Positions 39,193-53,245 of a stretch of 64,000 nucleotides of DNA are shown here, piece by piece; position 1 is the stretch's first letter; each line of letters starts with the position of its first letter. Made by a program: the position numbers and the translations under genes. The stretch is from Camelus ferus (lineage: Eukaryota). Below the pieces are notes generated by a model. The model did not search any database. It was not told where the DNA came from and saw only the letters and a list, made by a program, of their open reading frames with translations. The stretch is from contig NC_045697.1 of the NCBI RefSeq assembly GCF_009834535.1, positions 77,564,001 to 77,628,000 of the forward strand, written 5' to 3'.

Positions 39193-40324
39193 TGTCTAAT
39201 AAAAACCCAGGGAACGATGTCGATCATTGGTGTTAGCATTACAAAACCAAAATTCTCTTAAACCTTTTTTCCTTAATTTTATATAACATTGCTGAAATCT
39301 AGTGTGTCTAGGTGGAGAGGGGGTTTAGACTGTGTTTGGAACAGGGACACATTCTCTGCAGGCTTGTTTTGAGCAGTTAAGAATTATCATTGATCATTTA
39401 TCTACATGGGAACCTCTGTACAGTAGGGACAGAAGCAGGGTGCCCTCTATTCATATTTCTGTGGACCAGAACTCTGAAAAAGATGCAGTTTGTGCCCATC
39501 ACCAATAGCATTCTGCACAGAAGGGTGCCACATATTGCTTGTGAGATGTATCATCCATCCAGTCATCATCCACATCCACATTTATTGGTCTGAGACACAA
39601 CTGTGAGTCACACTTTGTGCTAAGGCTAGTGACGCAGGAGAAGAAGAGCAGCACGGTACCCCCACAGGGCCTCAGGAGGCAGTCCTTCTGAAACGCCAAA
39701 GAAAATCTGACTTTCCTTCTTCACTACTAACTTCAGGTTCAATTCCATTTGTAGTCTTAGATTGTGTGAGTAAATGGGAAGGGAGAATTATAGAATGTAT
39801 TATAAAGAAATGGCAGACAGGTTAATAAAATAGTCACAGGTCAGGCAAAGATGAAAGGAAATGGACACTATTAATTTAAGATAAGAAATACGCAAGGCAG
39901 GAAAACGTGCCTTTGCCGTCACTTTTTTTTTTTTTTAAACACCTTTATTGTGGTATGATTCCTGTACTGCCTTCACTTTTAATGACTTCAAACTTTAACC
40001 TGGTTTTCCTCTATGTATTTAGGGCTAAGTCCTTAAGGAGCACAGGAAATTTCATACACACCCTAGAGGTGTCAATCGGTGGATTAGAGAACACTCAAGT
40101 GTGATTCCTCACTCTCAGGTGGGACAAATGATGAGTTTGGTCAGAGCAAAAATCTAAGAGGTAGCAGGAACAGCTGGAGAAGTTAAGATGCAACTTCCTG
40201 CCAGGCTGTCCACTCAAGACTGGAAAAATTCTAGAGTTTTAACCATGTTCTTTTTAAAGGCAGAAATTCAAATTTTCTTTTCAGCTCTTCTCTCCTATCT
40301 CTGCGGTCTTCAGCTGGACACTAT

Positions 40325-40327
<3 letters not shown>

Positions 40328-40358
<31 letters not shown>
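40328..40358. repeat. Poly(T)31 tract
   Basis: Directly visible in the sequence. Confidence 0.95.
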
Positions 40359-40360
<2 letters not shown>

Positions 40361-42829
40361 ATGAAGCTAGTATAAACTCCAATTTAAAGCTAAACCCTTT
40401 CAGGGAACCAAGTCCCTGCCTCCTGCATAAGAGAACACTGAGTAGATAATTATTCATAATTTCTTCAAATGATAGTCAATTCTATAAGCTGTACTCAAGA
40501 TTTCTGCTCCAGCTGTGGGCTAACATAAACACCTAGAACCGATGGGCAATCTCTCCTGGCTGCTTTAATCACCATGCTCATCTACTTCTCAGAACAAAAA
40601 AATACAGGAACCACCTCTCTGTCCATCATTGTACCATTAGAAATGAAATGTAAAGGATAAAAGAAAATCATTGCTTTATTACCCTGTTAGGAAAATGCAG
40701 TGTGAGAGCAATGAAGTCTTATGCCCCAAATCAATCATTTTAAATTACACAGATTTGATTCTAAATCCCAGGGCTATGAAAAGTGTAGAACTATCGTGGG
40801 TAGCAACGAATACAGTGAGGATGGGTTGGGCACCACAGCCTCCACCACGCAGGACAGTGTAAGTGATGTCAAGAAGGAATTAAACAGCCCCCACCCATTT
40901 CCCCTCACAAATTTTCTGAAACAAATGGTAGGAGATGAGTTTCAAAAAGAACCAGCTATTGATTAATCCATGTACCGGTAGCACTGGGTAAAAGAATTGA
41001 TGGTTGTAAGGGAGAAAACTGGGGCCCTCATTCACTTGCAAAAATCAAGCGGGAGCTAGGCACCCTGTCAATTTTACAGCATCATCAAAAATTGATGAGC
41101 AGTTCCTATTTGGAGTTCTTGGTTGAAATACAGAGAATAAAAATTGATAGCTTTCATGAAAGAACTGCCGATACTTTCAAGACTGAGGTCAGAAGTGGCT
41201 GGCAATAGTTGTTTCACATGGAAAAGGCATTATATTTAGAAGGATGATTTCCACTGATCTAACAGCAGTGGCTAACCCTAGGGTGAGTTACTGATGTTTC
41301 TTTATTGAACCCTGATCTCATGTCTTTTCTACAGTCTTCTACTCACGTTCCTGCCTTGAGGACACGTGGACCAGGAGGGGAAGCTTTCTCTCTCAATATG
41401 TCAGTTAATTCTGTGCTTACAAACAGTCCTCTCCAGAATAAACTTCTAGTACCCACATTATTCATTTTCATATTTTCTTCAGCCAATCGACAATTGTGGT
41501 GACTTCATCTTCATAATGGATGTCACACCATCTGATGCATTCCAGATTGTGCAATTAGGCAATTTCATAAAAAGTTAGGTCTAAAGATTTTTTTAAGGAT
41601 TCAATTTTTTTTGTTCAAAATTGTGTAGTTGTTTTTTTTTTAAACACTGTTACACAAGAAGGATCTTTTAAGGATTTGTGAGGTAGCACAGAAGTTTAAA
41701 AGTACAGTAATCCTTAATTCAGCCTTAACTCAAAATAATTCTTAACAAATGCTTCAGGGGGTTTACTATACCTATCTATATCCTAAATTACCATGCAATC
41801 TCTTCAAGAATGCTCACGTTATTTCTCATCCAAGTTTCAGAAAAGCTATAGTATCCCAGCTACTGAAATACTAATTCCTTTTGGCAAAAGGATTTTAAAT
41901 GTCCTATGTGTCAGCTGTTTTAAGCCGTTACAGCACCTGTAATGCAAGTGTATTACAGAACTCCTATTTTTGTTCAAACTCAAATATACTAATTGGATTA
42001 CAGAGAATAAGACTACAATGAAAGAGTCTCAAGCTTAACATTAAATTATTTAAAGGGGACTCACCAAAATATTAATAGTAAATATTTGTGGGTAGTGAGG
42101 TGAAAGGTTTCATGTTTGTGCTTTTCTGTCATTTTCAGCTTTATGAACAGAGAATTCTCTCTTATGACTAGAAAAAAAAATTATCTAATAGAACGAGGAC
42201 TACTGGATAGCATTTCCAGCTGTAAAGAAGCAGAAATTGTCAAGTGGACTGTAGTCAGGGGAGAAGCCGAGGCCACTGCCCACCCTGGCTTACACAGCCT
42301 GCAGCCTCCATTGTGCACTGCGCTGGGGGTGGTCTGGGCCCTCTAAAAACTTATTACATTTATAACAAACTGGATACTTTTGTCTTATTTGGACTAGATC
42401 ATTACACTGTGAGTGGATTTTTTCCCCCTTAACTTGGAAGGTAATAGATAAAGCAGGCAAATCTGGAGCAGCAGAGTGACCTGCAGGTCAGTCTTGAAGT
42501 CACGTAAGGAGGGGCCGCCTGCCCATGCTGGCTAGAGCCCAGACCGCCACGTGCAAAGCAGGGTGATGTTTGTTTTCCTGGCTTCTCCTCAGTAAGCCCC
42601 TTTTAAAGTAGCTCCGAATTCTCCATCATAATGGACGTTTAAAAAATTTTTTAAAGTAAAATATCATGCATGTACTTAATCTAATTATTTTTGGAAATAC
42701 TTGAAAATCCAGGTAATTCTTGGATTCAAGGGCAAAGTAGAAAAAAAAAATGTCCTATTTCCCCCTTTGGAAAGACAGACTTTCCAAAAAAGGAAAGGAG
42801 ACCTAATAACTGTTTACAAGCCTCCTCTG

Positions 42830-44300
42830 TTCATTTCTTTTTAATTTTTAAAAGATATTTACTAAGCACCTATTTAGACACTAAAGACACAGTAAAAAAA
42901 ATCAGACAAAAATCCCTGCCCTCCTGGAACTCAGAGTTGAGCAGGAGAGAGAGAATGGACAAGATTCATAATACATACAGTGGGCTCGAAGGTGATCTGT
43001 GTCAGAGAAAACTGAATCAGGTAAGGACAGTAAGGGGTGTGGGTGGGGATTACTGCGATTTTAGACTGGGAGGCAGGAAGGTGAAATGTGAGCAAAGGTC
43101 TGAAGGAGATGAGGAATAAGGTGGATTAGAACAGTGGGCAAGGACTGCTCTGTACAGAAGTTGGGCAAGTTTGAGTCCCGAAGGAGCAGCCTTGTATGTT
43201 TGAGGAATGGCAAGTCAGCCACTATGGCCTGAGAGAGGGGAGAGGGCGGAGGTGGGAGAGGGGAGAGGAGGGAGGAAAAGTGGAAGGCTCCTCCGACTCC
43301 ATGACATCAACCCCAGATTTTCTGAAGCACGCCCGTACTTTCACAGGGGAAGCCTGATGATACCAAGTGAAGAATGTACCGGGGTATGTCTGTAGCACAT
43401 GGTACAGGAAATATAAAGGGCAAACAAGTGAAATGAATAAAGTCAATTACATGTGATTGGAGAAGTGGCCAAGTGTGAGAATTTTATTCATAAACTCAGA
43501 AACGGTGTCTGTGCTAAGGTGTTCAAGGAACAGCCGGACACAATTCTGGCCCCAAGGGACTCATGTGGTCTCCCGGGAGGTACATGGGTAAGGCTGTATT
43601 CAGTAGTGATAAGCAGCATGTTCGGTAGAAGCCGAGATAAGAGCTGAAATGATCAGAGAAGCCTTTACAAAGAAGACATTCTAAGTTAAAATGTAAAATT
43701 TCAAGAAAAAAAGTGGAGAAAGAGGAGGGATAGTATATGCAAAGACACGAAATTAGCATGGGCAAAGTGCATTTGTTTTGTGGGCAATGAGCAGACATAT
43801 GTTGGCCTGAATGGGAAGTTTGTATAGGGCAGTGGTGAAAGGTCCATCAGGGAGACTGTAATTCTTTATGGACAGGCTGAAGTTTTAACCTAAAGGCAAA
43901 GGGGTCTCAATTTAGGTTTAAACAGAGACTGATGTGATACATAAGGTAGCTTGGATGGAGAAGACACATGGGAGACAGCAGTTGGGGGCTGCAATACTCA
44001 AGACGTGAAGTGATGAAGGCCATGTCTGGAGTGTCTGGCATGGAAATAGAGAGGAGCAGACAGCTTCTCAAAATATTTAAGAAGAATTATGCAACTCTGT
44101 GACCAGGTATTTTTATATTTGGAATGCCTTAAAGGGGTTCACTAGGAAAACAGTGATAAATGTTAAAGAATTGTTGAAAAGGGACCTGGTTTAAATATTT
44201 TAAATTTGAGTGATATGTCAAATGTTTGGAAATCTTAGGAAAACGAGTTTCAGAGAAGAGATCAATACTAAAAATAAAGATTTGTTAGGGATAATTTGGC
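42830..44300 (-). mobile_element. L2 relic fragments
   Basis: atatttactaagcacctat...agacaaaaatccctgccctcctggaactc and later antisense L2-like segments. Confidence 0.65.
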
Positions 44301-44368
44301 AAATGATGGTTGGAATTTTCCCTTTTGCTGTTTTATTGAGCCAACACAATTCCTCAGTGGGTTATAGA

Positions 44369-44502
44369 CAGATGAACTATACCATTTACCATTCAAAATG
44401 AGCCATTTTCGAGAGTGAAGCGGGGAGCTATTAATAATTACACTGAGGCAATTGGTGTAAAACTGAGGCTACCCAGAGCAAACCAGGATGTATTAAGTTC
44501 TA
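44369..44502. mobile_element. MER94-like hAT-Blackjack MITE
   Basis: ttcgagagtgaagcggggagctattaataattacac...gcaaaccaggatgtat matches the recalled MER94 consensus. Confidence 0.7.
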
Positions 44503-45791
44503 TCTTGCTTTAAATGGTGAAGTTGCCATTTCTTATTTTTATTATTGCTCTTGATTTTTTCAGAAAGAGTCAAGTGTTTCAATTAGTATCACAACAAACA
44601 GCAGGAAAAGGTCCCCAAATTATCCTTTCAGCTATGCATACACATACACACTGAATGCAGAGTCATTGTCAGAAAAGAGAAAACAAAATAGCATTTTAAA
44701 TTCAAACTATAAATCTGCTATTACTGGGGAGTGTGTGAGGAGCAACAGGGCAAAAGTTTGTGTTTTGATAAAAACTTGCTTTATTTAGTGTATACTAGTC
44801 ATTTTATAATGACTACAATTGCTAGCTTTTCTTTTGAAAAACTAAAAAAAGTTATTTGCTATCAACTTAAAAAATTTGCTACCCATACTTATATCAAACA
44901 CAGTTATCTTTTTTGTTTGACTTTTTTGTAGTGACATGAAATCATACAAAAGGAGTGGAAGCCTCCTTTGGACCAACCTCTCTCATACCACCCTCCCTGC
45001 CTCCCCAGAAACAGAGAAAATCACTAGCCTGAACTTTTAAAACATTGCTTCTATGCTTTTACTACACACATCTAAGAAATAAAATGCAATGTTAATTTAT
45101 GGGTCATTAAACTTTTCATTTGTGGTATCACATTTCCACAATTATTCATCAGCTTGTTTTTTCTATTACTCAGCAACCACTTTCTAGAGGTACTTGTTGC
45201 TTTGTTACTGTTGCCCTTTTGGTGCTACATCTTAAAATGTGAAATACATAAACTTATTGATAAAAGAGGAGCTTTTCTCCTATGATGTTTATGGTTTATA
45301 CATCCATCTCCTTTATATCATTAACATCATTGGAATTACTGTGTGTCCTGCTGTTCTCTGTGGATTAACAGGGACCACTTCTGGCAACCATATAACAAAG
45401 TTCTAGATACAAGGTGCGTGGGTATAAATTAAGTTCTGAAAGTTGTCATTTTCAATGTTTGATCATCTTACAGATCAATGATGTACTTAACTCTTTCAAT
45501 ATGGGGTTTTAAAATGTCATATTTTGTCTCATCTGAACAGTTTTAGCTGTTTTTATTATATGTGTTTCTTTAAAAATAAGGCACTTGCCAGTAATCCTTC
45601 CAATATTAAATACTGATGCATATGTGTATAAAACCACAAGTAGATACATTAAATATCATTCATCTGTTGCTCTGCACTGTTAAACCTACTTTTTTGAATG
45701 TGTTCTGTGCTATACATATACCCTTTGTTCATAAAAATCTTACAAAAAAAAAGAAAAATTTTCAGTTAATCTTGAATCTATTTTACACTTA

Positions 45792-47597
45792 AGAGAACCA
45801 CAAAACATTGACCAAGGAAATTAAAAGATGACTTAAAGAAATGGAAAGATGTCCTGTGTTCTTGGATTAGAAGAATTAATGTTATTAAAATGGCCATACT
45901 ACCCAAAGCAATCTAGAGATTTAATGTGATCCCTATCAAATTACCCAGGACAGTTTTCACAGAACTAGAACAAATAATCCTAAAATTTATATGGAATCAC
46001 AAAAGACCCAGAATTGCCAAAGCTTTACTGAAGAAAAAGAATGAAGCTGGAGGAATAACCCTCCCAGACTTCAGAGAGTACAGAGCTACAGTAATCAAAA
46101 CAGCATGGTATCGGTACAAATGCAGACATATGGATCAATGAAACAGAATAGAGGCCCAGAAATAAACCCACCAACCTACAGTCAATAAATCTTTGACAAA
46201 GAAGGCAAGAAGATAAAATGGAGTAAAGACAATCTCTTCAGCAAATGGTGTTGGGAAAACTGGTCAGCTGCATGTAAATCAATGAAGTTAGAATACTCCC
46301 TCACACCATACAGAAAAATAAACTCAAAATGGCTTAAAGACTTAAACATAAGACAAGACACTATAAACCTCTTAGAAGAAAACACAGGCAAAGCATTATC
46401 TAAGATAAATCTCAGCAATATTCTCCTAGGGCAGTCTACCCAGGCAATAGAAATAAAAGCAAAAATGAACAAATGGGGCCTAATTAGACTTACAAGCTTT
46501 TGCACAGCAAAGGAAACCATAAGCAAAACAAAGACAACCTATGGAATTTGGAGAAAATATTTGCAAAAGATGAAACTGACAAGGGCTTAATTTCCAGAAT
46601 TTATAAACAACCCATACAACTTAATAAGAAAAAAACAAACAACCCAATCCAAAAATGGGCAGAAGTCCTAAACAAGCAATTCTCCAATAAAGACATACAA
46701 ATGGCCAATAGGCACATGAAAAAATGCTCAAATCACTAATTATCAGAGAAAAGCAAATCAAAACTACAGTGAGGTATCACCTCACACCAGTCAGAATGGC
46801 CATCATTAAAAAGTCCACAAATGATAAATGCTGGAGATGGTGTGGAGAAAAGGGAACCCTCCTACATTGTTTGTTGGAATGTAGTTTGGTGCAGTTGTGA
46901 TGAAAAACAGTATGGAGATTCCTCAATAGACTAAAAATAGACTTTTCATATGATCCAGCAATCCCACTCCAGGGCATATATCCAGAGGGAACTCTAATTC
47001 TCAAAGATACCTGCACCCCAGTGTTCATAGCAGCACTATTTACAATAGCCAAGACATGGAAACAACCTAAATGTCCACTGACAGATGACTGGATAAAGAA
47101 ATTGTGGTATATTTACACAATAGAATATCACTCAGCCATAAAAAATGTCATTTGCAGCAACATGGATGGACCTGGAGATTATCATTCTAAGTGAACTAAC
47201 CCAGAAAGAGAAAGAAAAATATCATATGATATCACTTATATGTGGAATCTAAAAAAAAAAAAGATAAACGAACTTATTTACAAAACAGAAACAGACTCAC
47301 AGACATAGAAAACAAACTTATGGTTACCAGGGGGAAAGGGAATGGAAAGGGATAAATTGGGAGTTTGAGATTTACAGATACTAATATATATAAAGTAGAT
47401 GTAAAGAACAAGTTCATATTTTATAGCACAAGGAACTATATTCAATATCTTGTAGTAACTTATGGTGAAAAGTAATATGAAAATGAATATATGTATGTTC
47501 ATGTATGACTGAAGCATTACGCTGTACACCAAAAATTGACACAACATTGTAAACTGACTATACTTCAATAAAAATATATATAAAAAAGAAAAAAAAA
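45792..47597 (+). mobile_element. 5'-truncated LINE-1 (~1.8 kb), disrupted ORF2 3' part
   Basis: Peptides [31 protein letters not shown] and others; 3' UTR, aataaa and A tail. No clear TSD seen. Confidence 0.95.
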
Positions 47598-49309
47598 TTT
47601 ATAATTAAACCAAGATGAAATTCAATGACAAAATAAAAATATGGCCAGGAAATAAAAATGAGTTTCAACAGGGAAAAGTGCTGGTTAGTAACAAGGTGAA
47701 AAGTCAAACTGCAAAGTAAGGCTGTCTGGCTTTGTACAAATAAAGCATAAAACAATTGAGGCCAGAGTGAGTCACCAGGAAATATGAGTAAGCAAATTTG
47801 AAGCAGGTGTGATCCTGGCATCTATAAATATGCAGCACAAAGTAATTATCTTATTCTAATGTGCATTGACTAGATACCCTACTTTGACCTGTTCTGGGTC
47901 AGAAGGCTCCTTATGCTGCCAATGAGAAGAAAACTCTGCCAGACAGATAACTGGTAAAGGCTGCTTGAATCAGAAGCACACGCATTTGTACCCAATCTAG
48001 AGGGATTTGCAGTTATTAAATAAATACATAGAAAGTCCTTTATAAATCACCTGTACCAACCCAGGTGAGATAGCATAGCAACATGATTTAATGACTCAGC
48101 ACTTTCTGAGAAGAATGGATGGTAGACACCTTGAAGGGCTTGATGTTGTTTGCCAGGAAGAACAAACTCGTCTAAAAGATTTACTAAGTCAAATTACCAG
48201 AATTTTTCTCCATGTTTATCCTAAGGAAATATTTAAACATCTAGGGCAAAACACCACCTGGAATTACCTCATCAAATAAAGAAATGCTTTTCCTTGGGTT
48301 GGGTGGGATGTAGGTTAGAAGTAAGCTGTTGTGTCCCAGTCATATCTGTACAGACCAACTGACTCTAGAAGTTGATGGCTTGAATCTAAAAGGGGAGGGC
48401 AGGGTTGCAGATAATGGGGACAAACTGTCAAGCAAACCCCAGAGAAGTCATTCTCAAATGAAATAAATTCATGGAGTATCTGAGGAACAACTGACTAGAT
48501 TATATTCTATCTATTCCATCAAAACTTATGGCAGCTTTCAATAAACTACACTTTATTTGGCCTGTATGAAGACTGCTATCATATTCAGTCAACATCCAAA
48601 TGTAAAGAGAAAGAAGGAAAACATTCTACAGGTAATTCTTGCCAGACTATACAACTACCCTCCCACCTCTTGCTGAAGTAGACCAGTAAGAAGAGAGGGT
48701 TTTTCGTTTTGCTTAAAGAGCCTACCTATCCAATTTAATTTCCACCCCAATTTTCTTAGTTCACGGGTAAACACAGTTTGGGGCATCCGGAAATAAGTCA
48801 CAGATGGGTGGGTCTCTGGCTACTGTAAAAGGCTAACAAGCAAGCTTGAAAAGTTGGGGAAGGACATTATTTCCAAGCAGTAAAATATACAAAAAAAATC
48901 TTTTCAGCGATTTTTCAAAAGAAAAATCTTACTATTCCTCACCCCTCCTCTCCTTCATTTCAAATTCCTCTAAAGTTTGGTTTGGTTCTCCTTCTCTTTC
49001 CTTCTTTTTCCAAATATGATATCATATCCCATTAGTGATAAGGAACAAAGAGTGGAGCAGATAATTGTTCCTTAGGGTCCTACTGAATCGCAGATCAACT
49101 AATGTAAGAATGTCTCTTGAGCAAAGACTTCCCATACTTCTATATTAGATGCCATTTACTGGTGGATTTGAAAATTTGTGAATTACAGTGAGGTGAGAGC
49201 CAGTCAAAATATTCTATAAAAACATATCCTTGTAATAATGAAATTATATGACCAAAATAGGGGAATTTTTATTAATGCCCAGTAAAACATCTGTGAGAAG
49301 AGCTAATTT

Positions 49310-49880
49310 TTAAAAAAATTGATGTTATTTATTTTCATTGAGATACACTTGATTTGCAATGTGGTACTAGTTTCTGGTATATAGCATAGTGATACAGTTA
49401 TACATATATATTCTTTTTCATATCCCTTTCCATTATATGTTATTACAAGAATTCTTTAAGTACAGAGAAATCTCAGTAAGCTCTTCCTAACGTGGAGCCA
49501 TGTTCAGTTAATACAACCACAAAATTCCATTATAATGTTTTTCAAGTAATTGATTTGAACTTTATGCTCCACAGTAGCACCATGTTGTTAATCTACTTTA
49601 TATATAGTAGTTTGTATCTGCTAATCCCAAACTCCTAATTTATCTCTCCCCACCCCCTCCTTTCCCCTTTGGTAACCATAAATTTGTTTTCTAACCTGTG
49701 AATCTGTTTGTTTTGTAAATAAGTTCACTTGTACTATTTTTCAGATTCCACATATAAGTGATATATGATTTGTGTTTGTGTGTCTTACTTCACTTAGTAT
49801 GGTAATCTCTAGGTCCATCCACGTTGTTGCCAATGGCATTATTTCATTCTTTTTCGTGGCTAAGTAATATTCTACTGTTT
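49310..49880 (-). mobile_element. L1 3' end, sense to ELOVL6, with an internal insert
   Basis: gtatctgctaatcccaaactcctaatttatc...ggtaaccataaatttgttttc...agattccacatataagtg. Confidence 0.9.
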
Positions 49881-49889
49881 GTGTGTATG

Positions 49890-50778
49890 AGCACTACTCA
49901 GTGTATGTGAAAAGGATTCAGGAGCCAACTTGAAGAAACTCCCACTGCCCAAACATGGGATAATTCAGTATCAAAAAGAATAATAGCAATAGACTATAAC
50001 ACAGTAATTCCAAATTCACCTCAAAATCACTGACACATAAAAAAGTATACATCTATGAGTTCATAATGATTTTTTTAAAAACATTATCATCGCAGGCTAA
50101 GTAATCGTTTTTTTCTGAAACTGCTAAATACTACCAAAGAACCAAGCATTTATCCTGGCTTTGCTACAATAAGTTCTTATTAAAAAGTCCTATCAAATGT
50201 TAAACTTAAATATAATAAAATTTCTAGATCTAACTACCAACTAACAAGGAATACAGAAGACAGAAGAATACAATCAGCAAAATCCACTCTGAGAGAAACT
50301 CTAAAAGGAAAATGATCTGGTTTCTTCAAAGGATGGGTTGGGAGTGGGAGGAGGGACACAGAGAGGAAGGAAGAAACTTCCAAGTTAAAAGAACTCAACC
50401 AATGAAAATGTGTAGGATCTATTTTGATCAAGATTCTTAAAAATAAATTATTAAAAAAACTATCATTTATGAGACAACTGAGGAAACTAGAACTTTTCAT
50501 CATAAAGAATTAGTACTAATTTAGGTGAGATAATGACAACTTTTTAATAAGACTGTTTAACTTTTAGAAATGGTATCATTTAAGCAAAAGAAATGGTATC
50601 ATTTCATTCAAAAGTATTTGAGTTTGTATTAATTCCAAGTAATCTGGGGGCAAGGGAGAAGTTGGTAGGGATGTAGATGAAACAAGATTAATAGTGTTAA
50701 TGATTAAGTAGGGTAACAGGTACACGGGGGTCCTTGTACTCTCTTCTCTGTTTATAAGTGCTAAGGTTTAAAAAAAGA
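49890..50778 (+). mobile_element. Ancient L1MC/MD-like 3' UTR
   Basis: attcaggagccaacttgaagaaactcccactgcccaaa...gtagatgaaacaagatt...ggtacacggggg. Confidence 0.65.
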
Positions 50779-52125
50779 GGAAAAAGGCTCAGAAAATGTT
50801 GAAAATTCTGTAAAATGCTGAAAGGCATCATTAGAAGAAGGTAATTTCCCCCTCAAATATCAAAATACTTCAGGTGATGCATACTCTGTGAACCTTCAAT
50901 GTAAGTAAAAATGAAAATGCTGCTTTGTGGTAGAGAATTATGACCTGATACTTAGTGACATGGAAGGAGTCTTTACAGTGACAGATCCAAATCATGAGAA
51001 CCTCAAATGTAGTGCCTTACAAAATGCACCAAAATAAAGAGCATATTCAGTCGCAGCAAGCAGATGAGTGCATCAGACGCAGGAGCCAGTGTAATGGGAA
51101 TGTGCAGATCATCAGAGTTTGTGAAAACCCTCATCTTTAACCCACCTTAAGTGACTAATGAGGCTTTTTATAGGACCATCTATTTCTCCTTAGTGGCAGA
51201 ATTACTATGCAACATGAAAAAATAAAAAGAAATACTCCTAAACATTGAAACAAAGGGTTTTTTATTCCGTAGGATATCTACATCTGCTCCCCTACCCTCA
51301 TGCCAAGCCTAGTTACCAACTTCTGGTTTTGACAAGCAAAACACAAATAGAACAGGTGCCTTTGTCAGCACTGTAGGTAAATTCTGGTACCTGTGTGGAC
51401 ACCAGCTGTGTGCTCATTAGTCTTCTGATTGCCAAATCCCCTAATATTACAAAACTAGAAATGCTCCTTCCAGCTTCCAGGAGTGTGCCTGGATGTTGGC
51501 TGGCAGATGTCCCCGGAGAGATCAGGCCTGGTCCTGACAGCTGCCATAATGAGTTTTACCAGGGGCAAAGTAAAAACTGGCTGCACGAGCACAGGTCTGA
51601 GAGTGAAGTCGGGCAATGCAGGAGGAGGATGCTTCAGGGGATGCAGAACAAAAGCGTTCTCTGGACTAGTGATACTGACACAGACAGGTATTCAGTGTCT
51701 GGTCATATGCCCACATGCCATTTTTGATTAGGTCCTAGTCAGTAAAAGCACACCCATCACATTTGAACCCTACTCTTCCATAGACTTCTACAGTTTACTG
51801 CTATGGCTTTCCATTAAGCCCTCCATCTATATTTATACAACAGAAATAATGGAATTGATGCACTGCTTCTAGTCCTAAGGCATAAACTGAATTACTGCAT
51901 CAACAGTTCAGAGAAGAAAGGAGATGGCCTGTGAGCTCTCAAAATAAAGAGTCTGAGTGTAGTGCAGTAAGTTTGGATGCAATGAAGGTCTTCTCTGTGG
52001 GCATGACTTTATGTCCTTAATAATCAAAAATATGAGATGTAAGATAAAAAGTTCAGTGGTTGCTTCTTTCAGCTGAGTCTGATGAAATGGATGGATTTTA
52101 TTTGGAAATGGAAAAACAAACCTAC

Positions 52126-52257
52126 CTGAAGACTGCAAGGGTCAGAGACCACAGCACTAATGGCTTCCTCAGTTCAAACTTTGCCCGTTTGTTCATTAGG
52201 TGCCGACCACCAAAGATAAAGGCAGCATACAGAGCGGAAAACAGGAAAGATTTCTTC
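52126..52257 (-). CDS. ELOVL6: ELOVL6 coding exon 2 (132 nt, phase 2/2)
   Basis: Minus strand reads (W)[43 protein letters not shown](S). Acceptor ttgttcacag|G, donor AG|gtagg. Not in the ORF track; translated by hand. Confidence 0.97.
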
Positions 52258-52879
52258 CTGTGAACAAACAGAAGACCAAAATCTTATGAGATCAAACTCT
52301 TTAAGGAATTTATTTTTATTCAGTAGAAACTTATATTTACTCATTATTCATCAACTTGTGTACCATTCTCCTCTTTGTAAGCACTGAAGACATTCTTGGG
52401 AATGTGCCTCAATCACTGAAGAGAGAATGCTCAGGCCATTTGACAATATGGCACCTGTCAAACCCTCCCTTGACAAATTAGGTCACCTAGATTTACCAAC
52501 ACACATCAGGATAGGCGCGTTTTACTTTTTGAACTCTGTAACTCTAAACATTTCAACAACATAGCACTGAGGTCCCAAAAGAAAACGTTTCACTTACTGG
52601 AATTCATTTCAGTTTTCTGAGTTTGTTGGACAACTTAGATGAATGTTTAAAAAGAATTATTTTTATTGGACACAAAATAGTTGGTGACAGAGTTGTGTCT
52701 TGGAGGCTTTCTTTATCCTAACAGGCTAATGATACTAAAAAATGATTTTAGAGGACTATTTGATGATTTAAAACACTAAAACCAAGCTACTTGATTTATG
52801 ACTGCCCCAAGATGGATTCCTGACATCTTCTCCAAAGAAGGCAGGTATTAAATGTTAGTATTATCATTAATAACAGGCA

Positions 52880-53245
52880 TAATTGTCAGATATCATACAA
52901 TGTAACAGGAAGAACACAGAACCGCCTACAGTACATGCCAAAACCCTTGAGCTTGAATCTATTGAATATGTGATTTTACTACCTGCTTATAGGAAATACA
53001 GGGGATAAAGCCAAACTGTGGGACATTCTGTAGGGCGGCTGAATTTATTTCTTCAAAACATCAGTGGTAAGAAATAAAAATCTGTTCTAGATTAAAAGTG
53101 AGTTGAGAGATGTATCAAATATACTGTGTAGAAATTTTTTGGATCCTTATTTGAACAAATGAATTGTAAAAAAACCCAAAAAACAAACCAAACACCTTTA
53201 ATGAAATCAGAAAGTTGAAACCTGATGAGCATTATTGTAAAAGGC
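52880..53245 (+). mobile_element. Ancient L1M (MC5/ME-like) 3' UTR fragment
   Basis: gccaaactgtgggacattct...ggatccttatttgaacaaa. Confidence 0.5.
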
